Positions 12,587 to 22,922 of a DNA stretch of 64,000 nucleotides are shown piece by piece. This DNA comes from Balamuthia mandrillaris (lineage: Eukaryota), in contig JAVKOQ020000003.1 in assembly GCA_031835245.2 (NCBI GenBank), positions 186,001 to 250,000 on the forward strand, written 5' to 3'. Made by a program: the position numbers and the translations under genes. How positions within the stretch are numbered: the stretch's first letter is position 1; each line of letters begins with the position of its first letter. A model generated the notes under the pieces. That model was not told the origin of the DNA and ran no database searches. It saw nothing but the letters and a program-made list of their open reading frames with translations.

Positions 12587-13288
12587 ATGTCGGACACAGA
12601 AGAGACCAAGACGGTAAACACAGAGGAAGAGCCGCAGGCCCAGGAGGAGGAGGAAGTGGTCAGCTTCGACTTTGGTGCGAAGAAGAGGAGAGGAAAGGGA
12701 AAGAGAACAAAGGGAAAGGCGGCGGGCGGGGAGGGAGACGCCGCAGGCGAGGGCATCGGAGAGGGGGGTACTGCTGGCGAGGGGGCCAGCGGGGAGGGCG
12801 CCTCCCCCATGCGCGACGACGAGGAGTACCAGTACGAGTTCCTCCTCTCCCGCGCCTTGGAGCAGATCGAGAGCATCAAGGCCTCCAAGAACAAGGGAAC
12901 CAAGGTCCCCCTGGCCAAGGCCTTCCGTGTGGGCAGCACGCGTACCTCCTGGGCCAACTTCCCCGAGACCTTGAAGGCCCTCAACCGTGACCCCCAACAC
13001 TTGCTGACCTATGTGAGCGTGGAGTTGGGTACCCCGGTCAACTTGGACGGCAGCGGGAGGCTCATGATCAAGGGCCAGTACTTCCCCAAGCAGATTGACA
13101 AGATCGTGGCCCAGTACATTCAGGACTATGTGGTCTGCAAGACCTGTGGCAGCAGGGACACTTCGTTGGTCAAAGAGAACAGGCTCTACTTTGTGGAGTG
13201 CAACTCCACCTTGTGTGCCTCCAAGAGATCCGTTTCCGCCCTCAACAAAGGTTACGTGCACAACATCCGCAGAAACCGGGGCAACTAA
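12587..13288 (+). CDS. EIF2S2: Translation initiation factor eIF2 beta subunit (divergent, intronless)
   Basis: YQYEFLLSR, NF...LNRDPQHL..YVSVELGT, and the YVVCKTCGSRDT...YFVEC zinc ribbon. One N-terminal basic box. Confidence 0.88.
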   Translation: MSDTEETKTVNTEEEPQAQEEEEVVSFDFGAKKRRGKGKRTKGKAAGGEGDAAGEGIGEGGTAGEGASGEGASPMRDDEEYQYEFLLSRALEQIESIKASKNKGTKVPLAKAFRVGSTRTSWANFPETLKALNRDPQHLLTYVSVELGTPVNLDGSGRLMIKGQYFPKQIDKIVAQYIQDYVVCKTCGSRDTSLVKENRLYFVECNSTLCASKRSVSALNKGYVHNIRRNRGN

Positions 13289-13435
13289 AAAAAACAAACA
13301 ACCAATCCGCTTTCTTCTCTCCTCCTTGCCTTCTCTTTCATCTTTGTTAACTTATTTTCAAAGTAGTTTTTTTTAAATACATCCCAACCCATTTTACAAG
13401 TGAAACTTTGCGCTTCTCTCTATCTCTTCTGTTTC

Positions 13436-13472
<37 letters not shown>

Positions 13473-13684
13473 GTTCACTCTCTCTTCTTGCTTCCTCTTT
13501 TGCTTTTTGGACATACTTTGCTCGTTGGTGTTTCTCTAGGTAGTCTCACGTTGCGTGCAAAACTGGCTCATCTCTCTCATCCCTGCGAAACAGCTACATA
13601 ACTGTCGACTTTTTTGGCGAAAGAAGAAAGCATCCCTGTTGAGCAACCAACCACTCTCTGAAAAACGAGAAAGAAGGAAGGCCA

Positions 13685-14905
13685 ATGGAGGTGTCCGACG
13701 CTGCCTCCTCTTCTGGACCCTCCTCCCCCAAGGTGGAGTGGTCCTTTGAATCGTCGTCGATGAGCAGCGGCGGCTCCCTTCCCACCACCGGCACGGCCTC
13801 TGGCTCGGCTTCATCTTCAGCTTCTCAGCATTTGGCCCTGGAGGGCGTTGTTGTGCAACCGCCGGACCCGCTGCCTCCCTTCCCATCGGCCGCTTTTGCG
13901 TCCTTCATTCAATCCTTTCAACATAGTACCTCCTCTTCCCCTGCCGCTGCTCCATCCGTACCCGCCCCTTCTCCTGCTGCTGCTTCCTCCTCTTCGAGCA
14001 TCACCTCTCCCTCCGCTTTTTCAGCGCTCTCACTCACAGCAGCAAGCAGCATTCTACATCCTTCTTTCTCTTCTGCAACACACACAACAACAACACCATT
14101 TTTGAACATGGCGTGCCCACCCCCTCCTCCTCTTCCTCCTTTCCCCTCTTCGCTGATCAGTGCTGCAGTAGCGGCAGTAGCGGCAACTCCCTCTTCTTCA
14201 GCTATGTCATCGTCAGCATCTTCATCTTCGTCATCGTCATCTTCATCTTTATCTTCCTCGTCGTCTTTGCGAAGAGTTCCTTCCTCTGCCTTCCATCGGC
14301 CTCGTTCTTCCTCGCCTTCCATCAACGCCGCTTCTTCTCATTCTGTAACATCACCATCATCCCAACTTCGAAAGAAGAAAGGGCCTCGTTCTCCTTCTTG
14401 GTCCTCCTCCACTTCTGCTTCTTTATCTTCTTCCCATTCAATCTCCGCCTCAACAACCAAGACAACCACAAGCGCCTCTGAAGCAGCAAGAGCTGCTGCC
14501 TCTTCGTCCTCTTTTTCCTCTTCTTCGTTGTTGTCTGCTTCTTCCTTCTCCTCTTCCTCCTCTTCATCAGCGTTCTCCTCTCCCGCCTCCTCTTCAACTA
14601 GCAGTGAAGGAGGAGAGGGAGGTGGGCAGCGCACACCCACACCGAGCGGTTATTCTGTCGAAGAGTTGCTTCGCCTCACAAAGGAAGTGTGGTCTCATAC
14701 TAACAACAACAACCACAACAAAACTAGAGACCCGCACGCCTTCTCCTCTTCTTCATCCACCACTACAGCATGTGCCGCTACTACCACAACGGAGGACGGC
14801 ATCAACTGGGCAGCTATTTGCCCTAAGTTCCCTGCCTGGTCTCCTCAGTTGCGTCTCTTCACTTTTGCTCTCCTCTGCCCTTTCCTCTTTTTTTCTCTGT
14901 CCGTC

Positions 14906-14952
<47 letters not shown>

Positions 14953-16170
14953 AGCCGAGTGGCAACGTTACCATAAAGCTGATGCTCACGCTGCTTTCAA
15001 CGATAGGGAGTGTAAGGATATATGGCGGCATCTTGTCCAACAGTATAAAAGCGGTTTTTCCATGTTTGCCGTCACGCCAAAAGTCTCAGAGGCAAGAACC
15101 AAAGTGAAGGAAGAGGAGAAAGACGCTAGCACTGAAAGAGGTAAAACCACTACAACACCTCCTTTTCCCGCTTCTTCTTCTTCTTCCAGCACTCCTTCAA
15201 CACAACCGAAGCGACCGGTGGTCGTCGTTAAAGCCGAACAAACCAGCCAAAGCAAGAAACGGAAGGAGCCTTCTGAAGGAACAAATACTACTCACAACAA
15301 TAAGCCTAACAAGAAACATACTCGAACGAAAGGAGAGAAGAAAGGTAACCTGCTTGACCACCCTTTCTGTTCTTAGCTTCAAGATAGAACATGCAACTAA
15401 TAATCGAGACGGATTGTTTGTTTGCTTTTTTGTTTGTTGCCTTTGCAGCACGTAAACAAAGGAAACTATGGACACCAGAAGAAGATGATGCACTGCTATG
15501 GGGTATCCAACAATATGGGGAAGGAAACTGGTCTTTGATACGTATGTAGTCTTGTAACTGGCTTTCCACCATGCCTCTTGACTGAACCTCTGTTTCTTCG
15601 CCCTGCAACAATAAAGGAGATGACACGAAACTGGAGCGCAAACCGTCGCAGTTGATGCAACGGTGGGCCACTCTCAAGAACAAAGTGGCCAAGAACAAAT
15701 GCTCCAACGAGAAGGTGAAAGCGTTTCTTCGTTCTCGGCAAGCGGGAGGAGGACAGGCCTCTCAAAACCCTTTTGGAACTACTTCTCCACTAGCACCCTC
15801 ACCTCCTACTTCTTCTGCTAGTTTGGATTCTTCCTCCACCGTTTCTTTTCCTTCTACTCCTCTCTTGCCTACCTTCCTGCCCCAATCATCTCCTTTGCCC
15901 CCTCCCATTTCCAACGAACGACTTCCCTCATTCCCTTCCTTGTCCTCCTTCTCGGTTGGACCCCCATCCTTTGCTACCACATCCACCACCTCCACATCGC
16001 TCGCCACTGCGCCAACACACTTCATTCCTGCCTCATCTTTTTCCTCTTCCTCCACCCCTTCTCCTTCTCTGCATGGCTTCGCTTTCCCGTCTTCGCTTTT
16101 GCCTCCTCATCTCCCGCCGAACTCCTCTGCCACGCGCGGAGCCTTTGATCTCTTGTGTCGACCCGAATAA
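13685..16170 (+). CDS. Ser/Pro-rich protein with Myb/SANT domains (C-terminal one telobox/TRF-like)
   Basis: Spliced RKLWTPEEDDALLWGIQQYGEGNWSLIRDD..ERKPSQLMQRWATLK (exon 15449-15541, next from about 15617). An earlier degenerate SANT reads YSVEELLRL...INWAAI...ECKDIWRHL. Confidence 0.8.
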
Positions 16171-16258
16171 ATCATCGGGTCGTCCCGATGAATTTTACAG
16201 GACGACATGGAGTAAACAAATTTCGAAGAAGAAAAAAAGAGAAGAGAAGAGAGAAGAG

Positions 16259-16838
16259 ATGTGTGGGATAGCTTTGATCGTGGTCTGTCGAGGTAACCCG
16301 GCTGCAAGACAAAGAAAGAGTGAAAGAACAAGATCTGTCCGATGGCCGCGTTCATGAGACGGAGCCCGTTTTTCTTCAGCCTTCCTACAACGGGCTCGAT
16401 CTGGAGCGGCTCATCCGCAAGCTTCACCTGAGAGGACCGGATCTGGGGGTGTGTCACACGACGTTGACCCTTCATTCCCTCCGATTTACCTTTGTGGGGT
16501 CCGTGCTTTCTTTGCGAGGCCCGGCCACCGCTCAACCCCTCGTAGATGACCGCGGTAACATTCTTCTGTGGAACGGAGAAATCTTTGGCGGCGTTGAGGT
16601 AAAGTCACTTGTTTGTCATGAGCGCGTTTGAGTTGCTGTTGTTATGTTAACAAACAAGTGTATGAAAGGTAGCACCCGAAGAGAATGACACAACAGTCTT
16701 GATGCAGCGGTTGAGCGAGTGTGCCTCAGAGAGCGAGATAGTGGCGCTTTTGGAGCGAGTCAAAGGCCCTTGGGCTATTGTTTATTGGCAGGTCTTTATT
16801 TCTTCTCCCTCTTGCTCTCCTGTCTCAAACTATCTGTC

Positions 16839-16881
<43 letters not shown>

Positions 16882-17631
16882 CTCATCCCTTTGCGTTTGT
16901 TACAAAAGGCAGAGAAACGCAGGCTGTGGTTTGGCAGAGATGGTATAGGACGACGCAGCTTACTTATACATCGACCAAAGAATGATGTGAACGATTGCTT
17001 TATATTGTCTTCTGTTGGCATCCTCGCTTCTTCTTCTCCTGGAAGCAACAATCAAGCACCCCATCAACTGTGGGATGAGCTTCCTATTACAGGTCTTTAT
17101 TGTGTTGACTTCAGCGATGAAATACCCTCATCGCAGTCACCCTCACCGGAGAGACGTGATGAGTGTCATGAAGAGAAGCAAGAACGAGACAAGATAGAGG
17201 ATGCAAGAGAGGATAGCGAAGAAGGAGAGGAAGGGGAAGAAGGAGATGGAATGATAAGGCACGTATCGTCAACACGTTTCGAGCTCGCGAACGTGTTTAG
17301 CTTTCCTGTTGAACACCATGCAAGGACACCCACCCCAAAGCGCAAGTTAATTGACCCGAAGGATACCACAATCGAAGAAGGAAGAGAACAGGCAACTCAG
17401 CAGCTGTTGCAAGCATTGAGCCAAAGCGTAAAGGATCGGGTGAAAAACATCCCCCCTGTGGAACAAGATGAGACAATGACAAGCTCGAGTAGCAACATGC
17501 CCACTAGCAGTCGTCTTGGTGTCCTTTTTTCTGGAGGACTGGACTCTACGGTGTTGGCGAGACTGGCAGACTTACATTTGCCTCCAGGAGAGCCTATCGA
17601 TCTTATGAATGTTGCTTTTGCTGAAGATAAG

Positions 17632-17675
<44 letters not shown>

Positions 17676-18799
17676 AGTCTCGTTTCATAATGTGGCGTTA
17701 GGCTTATTGTATTCATTGGGAAACGGACAGGAAGATTGGATGGCCTACGAACAAGTGCCAGATAGATTAACAGGTCTACGCAGCTGGAAGGAATTGTGTT
17801 CCCTTTCGCCAAGCCGGCGTTTCAACTTTATCGAAGTTAACGTGACAGCGCAGGAGTTAGACCGGTATCACAACGATATCCTTGACATACTTGTGCCCAG
17901 TGAGAGTGTAATGGATCATAGCATTGCAGCTGCTATGTGGTTCGCATCATTAGGAGAAGGTATCAACCATTTCACCACCTCTGTATTTTCTTTCATCGTT
18001 CAATTCTGACACGATAAGTCAAATGTTAGGCATTATACGTTCCGATGCGGAGCTGCTGGCCACTATAGAAAGAGCGGCCAAACAAAGTACAAAAGCTCCG
18101 CCTCGCCGAAACGAGAAAGGGAGAAAGAATAAACCAAAAAGAGGAGGACGACCGAGAGGGAGGAGAAACACACCAGGAGACGAACAGAACGCACAAGAAC
18201 AGCCACAATTACAAGACCAAGCCCAACTAGAACCGGATGCCATTGATACCAATGCACAACCATCACAACCAGAAGAACAAGAAAAGCAACAACAGCAACC
18301 ACAACAACGGTATAGAAGCACTGTCAAAGTTTTGTTTATAGGCAGTGGCGCTGATGAGCAGTTAGGAGGATATGCTCGACACAGACAAGCCTTTATACGG
18401 AGCGGATGGCAAGGCCTGCAATCCGAGCTCGAGAAAGACATCAACCGGATATGGAAGCGTAACCTCGGCAGGGACGACCGCGTCATTGCCAGCACTGGAC
18501 GTGAGGCAAGGACACCCTATCTCTCCGAGGAGGTCACTGGCTGCCTGAACTCCTTGCCTTTATGGCACGTGTGCGACATGGCAGCGCCGCCAGGAGAGGG
18601 AGACAAGGCTATCCTACGGCGCGTTGGCCGAGAGCTGGGGTTGAAGGAGAGCACTCGCTTGGTGAAAAGAGCCATCCAATTTGGCAGCCGCATCGCCAAA
18701 GTTCACAGACCCCAAACTGCGGTTCTCCTCAACAACGTTCCCTTGCACGCCCCTCGTCGTCGCAAAGCCGTTGGCCAGCTTTCTATTTTCCAGACATGA
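16259..18799 (+). CDS. ASNSD1: Asparagine synthetase domain-containing protein 1
   Basis: MCGI start, LRGPD, LLWNGE, FGRDGIGRRSL, LFSGGLDS, GSGADEQLGGYARH, RNLGRDDR, KRAIQFGSRIAK. Confidence 0.95.
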
Positions 18800-18879
18800 A
18801 AGCTTTGTTGCTCTCTGTGTTTTTCAAAGCTTGGCACGTTTGCAAAGCGTGCTGTTGGAATGAAACAAAGAAAAAAAAA

Positions 18880-19112
18880 GGTGTGAAAGTGAAAGGGCTG
18901 CTGCTCCCTTGGTGGCAAGGTTGAAGCGACAATGTCCGGAACCGAGTCGCGAAAATTGCTGCAAGACTCGCTGCGCCGCAAACAACAAAAACAACGAGCA
19001 CATTTTTGGTGTAACGGGTGAGCGACCCCAACCCGCTCGCGCTCGACTATTGTCCCTCGGAAGGGCGAGAGAATTCCCCTTATCCCTGCTGGACAGGTTC
19101 GACCTGCTGTCG
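18880..19112. ncRNA. Putative structured non-coding RNA (family unassigned; G-U pairs lean to minus strand)
   Basis: Several nested complementary segments, e.g. 18928-18936/19045-19054, 18943-18948/18965-18970, 18995-19001/19039-19045. GC-rich island between AT-rich flanks. Confidence 0.4.
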
Positions 19113-19324
19113 TTTTTTGCCAATAAAGTAGTAATTAATCATTTTGGGTTAACAACGCGCCGCAGCGCACCAAACAAAAGAATAGTCAAAAAAAAAAAAA
19201 ACAAGCAAAAAGTGTAGCGCAGCGTACCCAACGCAAAAGGTTTTCAACAGAGAGAGAAACACAAAAGACAACACGCTTTTTGAGTAGCAACCCAAAAAAA
19301 AAAAGTAGCAACGTTACGCCATCA

Positions 19325-22178
19325 ATGTTCCACCCCTCTGTGTCTCCGCCGACCACCTCCGCCACCACCGTGAGGCAGAGGGTCAATGGGTGGAAACAAC
19401 AACAGCAGACGAACGTGGCAGCAGCAGCTCCCCTTGCTACCTCTTCGGCGCCGCAGCTAGCGACCGCTCCGCCCGCTCGCCCGATGAGGACTCAGCAGCA
19501 ACCCCCATTCACGGTGGGACCTACCTCTGGACGTAAGCTACAGCCTTTTGGCAATCCACCTCAACAACAGCAGAGACCTCCGATCCCAGCCTCTGTTGTG
19601 GGTAAGTGTTTTTATCTCCTTGCTCCTCTTTCTCTCCTCTTTGTCCTCTTTCTTCTCCTTCTGCTTCTGCTTCTGTTTCTGCTTCTGCTTCTGCTTCTGC
19701 TTCTGCTTCTGCTTCTGCTTCTGCTTCTGCTTCTGCTTCTGCTTCTGCTTCTGCTTCTGCTTCTGCTTCTGCTTCTGCTGCTCCTTCTGCTTCTGCTTCT
19801 GCTTCCTTCTGCTGCTCCTTCTGCTTCTGCTTCTGCTTCTGCTTCTGCTTCTGCTTCTGCTTCTGCTTCTGCTTCTGCTTCTGCTTCTGCTGCTCCTTCT
19901 GCTGCTCCTTCTGCTTCTGCTTCGGCTTCTCCTTCTCCTTCTCCTTCTGCTTCTCCTTCTCCTTCTCCTTCTGCTTCTCCTTCTCCTTCTCTTTCTGAGG
20001 AAAACGCTGTGTTCCATTTTTAAGCGAACAGGGCTGTCACAGCTACGATAAGCCCTCCTTCGTTACCCAGAGTGTTCACGCAAACGAAGCCTAGAACTAG
20101 AGCCAGTGTCATGGCTGACCCTGTTGCTGTTGGAAACCAACTTCAACAGCTCCATCAGTTAAGGGCAGAGTTACCATCCTCTACCAGTGCTAGCAGTGAT
20201 CCCATTTTGGCTGCATTAGCTGTACTTGTTGCACTCTCATCTTGCTTTTTTTAAAAATGCACTTACATTTATTTTGGCTGCAGCAAACAAAGCAAATGAC
20301 CAACAAATATCAAGACTTCTTTAAACTCTTACAGCGTTATCAGGGTGCACTTTCAGGTTTCTTTCTTCTCTCTTCTCTCTTTTCTCTTGCTTGCTCTGTT
20401 CTCATCACTCGCTACCCATACTTTCATTGCAGTGGTGAAGGAATTGGAAGACAGCATAGGAAAAGCTTTGATTGATATAGGCAAGTCTACTGAGGACGAC
20501 ATAGGTATGTCGTCTGTGAAGAAAGAGAAGCAGAAAAGGAGAGGAGCGAGTGAATATGAAAGGGACTTGGACTAACCTCAGGTCCTTAACTCAGGTGGTG
20601 GGATTTCGTCATGCGGAGAGTTATACTCATCCATGGCTGCCGAGTTTCAGGTGAGTTGCAGATTCCTCTTTCTAACACCAGATCGTCACACTAAGGATAT
20701 TATTACTGTGACTACAGTGGAAAGAGTTGGAAGGACTACCCGCTCAAATGAATCTTGAACACCGTGTAAAGCGAGTTATCACATTCGAGAAGGATTACAA
20801 GTCGAACTACAAGAACTTACAAGGCCAACTTAAAAAGCTGGACGGCAAGAGCAGGAGAGTGGGCAAAAAGGCAACCAAGACTACTGACGAATTAAAGCAG
20901 GTACGATCACTGTAATGATTAAATCGCTTGAGTGTTTCTGAGCATTTGTTTCGTTTGAATCAACAACAGTACATCCAGCAGATGAAAGACAAAACTCTTG
21001 AGACCGACAAGTTCAAGGTGGAACAACTTCAAGAAGCCATTCTGCTGGGCCGTGAACAAAATGGAGCTTTCTTGGCGTTGTGGGCGGAATGGATGAACGC
21101 CCGTTCCTCCTACTTCGAGTCCTGTGCAAAGCAAACCCGTCCAGCAGAAGCAGGATGGAAATCGCTTGCCCAGTCTGCTTCCACCCTTCCTACTCTTTCT
21201 ACTTCTGCTACAGGCGCCCCAACGCCATCAGTTCAAGCCAAGGCTCCGCAACTTTCTTCACCTGCTCCAACAGCTTTGCCGCCACTGAACGTGCCGCTTC
21301 CTTTGCCTCCCCAGCCTTCTTCCTCTCCTCTGCCATCTTCCTGTGCTTCATCATCTTCAACAACATCCTCCTCTCCTGTACCCCCTACTTCCCCTCGTCG
21401 CTATGGAGGAGCACCCGCTCTCTTTAGCCAAAGCAAGTCACATCCTACTTTGACCCCGTTTATAACTTCTCCTACCAAGGCCTTCTCTTCCACTCCCACG
21501 CTTTCCAATGAGCAGAAACAACAAGCCTCGCCTCCTATTCCTCATCCTCGTCCTCCTCGCCCTACCTCACCAGCATCCGTCTCAAATTTCTTGTCTCAAT
21601 CAACACCATTAGTTGGAGCGGACATTAGAGGAGGTGGAGGAGAAGAAACCAGCAACCTCTCTCAAATTACAGGCAAGGAAGCAGGCAAGCATACTTTGGG
21701 GCGATCAAGGACCTGTGGTCCTGCAGATGGTGGCCGCATGAGAAAGAAGTCCTTCTCAATGCATCAACCAAGCCCCACTCGTGACGCCGCCTGGAGAGCC
21801 CCCGCTCCTTTCACCGCACTCCCTCTCAGCCCCGTAACTTCAAGCCTGCAACGCAGTGCTGCCCCACCTTCGCAACACCATCACCCACAAAAAGCAGAAG
21901 AGAACCCCAATGAGGAAAGATCAAACGGGTCAGACGCTGAGGAAGGAGCGGAGGGGGAGGAAGAAGTGGTGGAGGTGGGCTACGGTGTGGTCGTGGAGGG
22001 TTCCCTGGAGCAGGAGGTGCTGGCGCTCTACGACTGGAAGGCCAACGACGATGACGAGCTGGATTTCACGGCGGGAACAACCATGACGCTCGTTCGCGAG
22101 CACAACGAGGAGTGGTGGCTCTGTCGTTTGAATGGGAGGACGGCCTTGGTACCTGCCAGCTATGTACAAAAGATGTAA
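19325..22178 (+). CDS. I-BAR/IMD-like helical domain + Pro-rich linker + C-terminal SH3 protein (IRSp53-like architecture)
   Basis: SH3 motif ALYDW...DELDF...EEWW...LVPASYV is clear. Spliced helical region FEKDYKSNYKNLQGQLKKLDGKSRRVGKK resembles IMD. Confidence 0.75.
19662..19992. repeat. (GCTTCT)n / (CCTTCT)n hexanucleotide microsatellite in intron 1 of the SH3 gene
   Basis: Direct tandem hexamers between the GTAAGT donor (19602) and the CAG acceptor (about 20031). Confidence 0.95.
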
Positions 22179-22394
22179 AACGTACGGATGGATGAGATGG
22201 AGTGATCTTGGTCCTTTGGACAAACAACAACGTTACAGGTTCCTCACCCCCCGATATCACGTATTCATCTCGTTATTTTTGAATTTTTGAACGTTTGAAC
22301 TCGACACAACCCCTCCTTCCCCGAAACCCCCACTCAACAACACTTCACGCAAACGATCCTCACTTGACGCACATCTTCTCTCTCCCTTTGTCCA

Positions 22395-22676
22395 GGCAGC
22401 ATCCTTGCTGTGGGGTGGTGCAACTCAGAGAGGGCGCTCGGTGCTGTTCCACCACAACACCAAAGGGGGGAGTGAGGCTCGATCTTCACGGGTGTGTGTG
22501 CTGGATGAACTGCATTCTTGCGCAAAAACGCAGAGCGATCTGCGAATGGGGTCGCTCTTTGGAAAGTGCAAAGGGCGAGATGCAGATTTCCGCTGCTCAA
22601 AAAACCTGAGGGGGACTTAGGTAACCTAAGCCCCCCTGACGCGCTTCCGTGATACCCTCCCCTTTACAGCCCTGCC
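22395..22676 (+). ncRNA. Putative ~280-nt multibranch structured RNA (unassigned)
   Basis: Nested helices 22395-99/22672-76, 22462-72/22657-65, 22486-91/22647-52, 22510-18/22578-85, 22533-41/22549-57, plus hairpin 22610-22635. G-U pairs favour the + strand. Confidence 0.5.
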
Positions 22677-22922
22677 AATCGTACGATAACCTCCATTATC
22701 GAAAAGAAAAGGAGTTCAACCACAACAAAGAAAGAAAAGCGAAGAAGGAAAGGATCAAACAGAAATAAAACCAAAAGGCGCAGGGGGCAGGGTTTGAAAG
22801 GTTTCGGGCTTGAGCCGACGTATAAAGACACCGCCGCTTGGGACCACTTTTTTTTTTCACTCTATTTTTCTTCTTCTTCTTCTTCATTCAACATCACACA
22901 AAAACAATCTCGGGAGAAGAGC

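Noticed and set aside
18783..19031. 82-aa minus-strand ORF with hydrophobic N-terminus
   Set aside because: Non-ATG start, no recognisable motif, and it overlaps the structured segment.
18891..19045. U11 snRNA (AAAGGGC start, Sm-like site, 3' hairpin)
   Set aside because: The conserved AUCAAGA loop is not clearly present and the pairing extends beyond U11 length. Left unassigned pending cmscan.
22400..22460. U4/U4atac-like 5' sequence CATCCTTG..GGGG (or U6atac-like on the reverse strand)
   Set aside because: No kink-turn GA pairs, no Sm site at the expected distance, and no AAGGAGAGA box on the reverse strand.
22505..22636. SECIS element, RNase MRP P4 motifs, or telomerase template TAACCTAA
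   Set aside because: The SECIS quartet geometry does not fit and there is no Sec gene upstream. The MRP-like GGGGCTTA/AAGTCCCC are adjacent and in the wrong order. The template-like sequence is buried in a hairpin.
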